Assembly (NCBI GenBank): GCA_045576035.1
Contig: JAZNFN010000102.1
Coordinates: forward strand, 1-29,786
Direction of reading: 5' to 3'
DNA from: Christensenellaceae bacterium
GTDB taxonomy: Bacteria; Bacillota; Clostridia; Christensenellales; Borkfalkiaceae
Length of the DNA stretch: 29,786 bases
Below the pieces are notes generated by a model. It worked only from the letters and a program-made list of their open reading frames with translations, was not told where the DNA came from and ran no database searches. The first letter of the stretch is position 1, and each line of letters opens with the position of its first letter. Position numbers and translations under genes: made by a program. Positions 27,277 to 29,786 of the stretch are shown in pieces.

Positions 27277-28956
27277 CTATAAATATTTTTTCAAATCAAA
27301 TTGTGCAAGTCTTATATGTTTTCTTGATACCGTATAAGACATTGCAAGCTCTCCGTCCTTATAATATTGTATAAATGGATAAAAACAACTAGTTGGCATT
27401 TTTGCTTGTAAAACGACTTCACTTTTAGCAATATCATCTGTGTTTATTTTTATAACGCCTATATGTTCTCTATCAATAGGTGCGTGGAAAAGATACAAAT
27501 TATCTTTATACATTATAAAATCACTTCTAGACTGGCAATCTTCTATTTCTATCGGCTGTTCCCATTTTTTTGTTTTAAGATTATAGACTGTCAAAAAACC
27601 ACATTTGTTTGCGTCAATTTGACGCACAAAATAATACACTTTATCGCCCAAAACATAGGTCGCGTTTTCGTATAAAGAATCATTTATAAAATCTGGTTGA
27701 GAAACATATTCCCAAGTAATTAAATCACTACTTTTTATTATACAATTAAAATAAGTGTTATAAAGTCCTGAATAACAGTATTTAACACCGTTTTCTATGC
27801 GATATGATTCCTTTTGCATTATGCCGATATCGACCGTCATATTTTTACAAGGTATGCCATTTTCCGCAAGCGCACTTTTAATTCCACTAATTGAAAGGTC
27901 GTTCACGATATTACCAACTTTAAATTTGTTAACACCTACTTCACCCAAAGTTTTAGTTGAAGTATTAAACGGGCGGTAAAAACGATAATAGTTCCCACCT
28001 TCTGCACTTGCCGTCCACATGATATAAAGAGTATCTACGTCTTTTTGCATAAAAATACAATCATAAACCATATCTATTGTTTTATCGCCCACCATATCGC
28101 CCGTAGTCTGTAAATCAATAAAGGTTTTTTGTTCAATATTATCTATTGGCGCGTACACAAAACGTATTGTTTGATTTTTTGGGTCTTCCGACGGTTCTTT
28201 TGTGTTGGCATAATAAGTCATATAAACATAATCATCAACGACCTTAAAGGTAGAAACGTGCGCCATTTTATCCCCAACTTTTTCAAAATCCGAAACAAAC
28301 CTTTGCGTAATTTCGTTTGCAAATGCTTCCCCCCGTTCTATCACTTGTTTAGAAACAGAACTTGTAATTGTTCTGCGTATGTTTTCAATAGGCGCACCTT
28401 CTCTAATAATTAAATTTTTTTCCGTTTTAAAATCTTCATTAAATAACAATTTCTTTTTCATTTTTTCTCTCCTTACTTTATTAAAAAATACAAATATTGA
28501 AAATATTGATATTGTTTCATTTATTACGCCAATATAAGAGCAAACCAAAGCATTGTAAATTAAAAAAGCTAGCGCTACTGGAACAGATATGCCTTTGGTA
28601 AGATTTGGATTATCTATCCAAAGTGAGATAGTAACAAATGCCGAAGCTGCAATAGGCAAAACATCAAACCAAAATTCAAAAGACAACACAGATAACGTAA
28701 TGTTTGACAAAATAAACAAAATTGGCCAGAGTGGTATATTTGCGAATTTGTATTTTTTTCTATTTATAAAAACAAGTTCCCTAAAAATACCCACAAAGTT
28801 AGGTATCATTCCTGCAATTGCTCCTAAAAAGAAGTAATGCCACACCCAACATATATCAGCACAAAGTTTCATCGCTAACAACATTTTCCTGCCTTTTTGC
28901 TGATACATTGAATAAAGCGATAATATTGCGCCTATCCCAAAAAGCCACGCAAACAT
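27277..28956 (-). CDS. YgjV-like membrane domain (~165 aa) in frame with a ~394 aa beta-propeller (sialidase/BNR-like, putative glycoside hydrolase); possibly two genes
   Basis: Hydrophobic N-terminal part with YQQKGRKMLL...HYFFLGAIAG...VGIFRELVF. Internal AAGGAG plus in-frame ATG at 28461. Repeated beta blades such as AHVSTFKVVDDYVYMTYYA and SDFIMYKDNLYLFH. Start ATG 28956 behind AAGGAAG (track start TTG 28974). Confidence 0.65.
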   Translation of the reverse strand: MFAWLFGIGAILSLYSMYQQKGRKMLLAMKLCADICWVWHYFFLGAIAGMIPNFVGIFRELVFINRKKYKFANIPLWPILFILSNITLSVLSFEFWFDVLPIAASAFVTISLWIDNPNLTKGISVPVALAFLIYNALVCSYIGVINETISIFSIFVFFNKVRREKMKKKLLFNEDFKTEKNLIIREGAPIENIRRTITSSVSKQVIERGEAFANEITQRFVSDFEKVGDKMAHVSTFKVVDDYVYMTYYANTKEPSEDPKNQTIRFVYAPIDNIEQKTFIDLQTTGDMVGDKTIDMVYDCIFMQKDVDTLYIMWTASAEGGNYYRFYRPFNTSTKTLGEVGVNKFKVGNIVNDLSISGIKSALAENGIPCKNMTVDIGIMQKESYRIENGVKYCYSGLYNTYFNCIIKSSDLITWEYVSQPDFINDSLYENATYVLGDKVYYFVRQIDANKCGFLTVYNLKTKKWEQPIEIEDCQSRSDFIMYKDNLYLFHAPIDREHIGVIKINTDDIAKSEVVLQAKMPTSCFYPFIQYYKDGELAMSYTVSRKHIRLAQFDLKKYL

Positions 28957-29073
28957 AATAAACTTCCTTGACAATTTTTTGTTTAATAATTATAATTATA
29001 TTGTCAAGTTTAAGTTAAAGCAAGCAATTATATTGGGATATTTTAGCACTATATTGAATAAAAAGGTAAAATT

Positions 29074-29786
29074 ATGCAAACACGTTATGAAAAATATGGG
29101 AACTTAACAAATAAACTACCATTCGTTTTAAATGCAGATATAGTTAGAACACCTACAACTTATAGTGAAAAACAAAACTGGCACGATAATATTGAAATTC
29201 AGTTTTGCACCAAAGGACAAGGCGCAGTTTTAATTGACGGGAAAGAATATCCATTTTGCGAAAACGATATTGCAATCATTGGGTCCAACTCTATTCATTA
29301 TACTTTCAGCAATACCTCCATCACTTATTCTTGCATAATTATTAGTACTGGATTTTGCGAACTGATGGATATTGATTATAACAACCTTTCATTTTCTCCT
29401 GTCGTAAAAGATTGCAAATTGAACATTTTATTTTCGCATATTTATGAAGAGCACAAAAAAACACAACCTATGCGTATTGCGTGTCTCAATAAATTATTAT
29501 TAGAATTGTTAATCCATATTTGTTCTTTTCACTCCACCTTAAAAAAATCCAACTTATCTCAAACAAAAAACTTAAACGCTATCAAACAAGCATTGTTTTA
29601 TATTCGCGAAAACTACGACAAAAAAATATCGCTAGACGATATTTCAAGATTTGCTTTAATTGATAAATATACCCTCTGCAAAGAATTTAAAAAATTTACA
29701 GGTCAGACCGTATTTAATAATTTAAACACATATCGTTGCACAAAAGCAGTGGATTTAATGTCATCAGGTAAAAGCGTTAGTGAAAC
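29074..29786 (+). CDS. AraC-family transcriptional regulator, truncated by the window end
   Basis: Own translation: MQTRYEKY...NWHDNIEIQFCTKGQG (cupin)...ALFYIRENYDKKISLDDIS...LCKEFKKFTGQT (HTH). Open to the window end, so absent from the ORF track. Confidence 0.9.
   Translation, partial: MQTRYEKYGNLTNKLPFVLNADIVRTPTTYSEKQNWHDNIEIQFCTKGQGAVLIDGKEYPFCENDIAIIGSNSIHYTFSNTSITYSCIIISTGFCELMDIDYNNLSFSPVVKDCKLNILFSHIYEEHKKTQPMRIACLNKLLLELLIHICSFHSTLKKSNLSQTKNLNAIKQALFYIRENYDKKISLDDISRFALIDKYTLCKEFKKFTGQTVFNNLNTYRCTKAVDLMSSGKSVSE

Noticed and set aside
1330-28837. The many short opposite-strand ORFs in the track (60-133 aa, e.g. 1330-1524, 6672-6977, 8759-9160, 15755-16078, 17721-18047, 18800-19123, 25867-26085, 28129-28413)
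   Set aside because: All are antisense shadows of well-supported genes, with no SD or recognisable motifs.

Overview
AT-rich Firmicutes (Clostridia-like; lineage inferred) chromosomal window. From left to right: (1) a structured repeat/hairpin array at 87-311; (2) a minus-strand pyrimidine operon pyrC-carB-[~360 bp repeat-rich gap]-pyrK-pyrD-pyrF-pyrE-pyrB-pyrI, behind a PyrR-type attenuator, with no carA or pyrR in the window; (3) ispG coupled to a PolC-derived protein that keeps the N-terminal region, OB fold and 3'-5' exonuclease but lacks the PHP and polymerase domains; (4) a compact ~8 kb, apparently intact, tightly coupled phage head/short-tail module (TerL, TerS-like, portal, scaffold, major capsid, adaptor-like, nozzle-like, coiled-coil protein). 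This module has no integrase, repressor, replication, tape-measure or lysis gene and sits among housekeeping genes, making it the main candidate for a gene-transfer-agent-like or domesticated capsid system; (5) a lipoprotein, a DAK2/FakA protein, a phosphohexomutase, a PutP-like symporter, a lytic transglycosylase and tRNA-Leu(GAG); (6) an AT-rich accessory end with a YgjV-like/beta-propeller fused ORF and a divergent AraC regulator cut by the window edge. All family assignments come from motif recognition by eye; no database searches were run.
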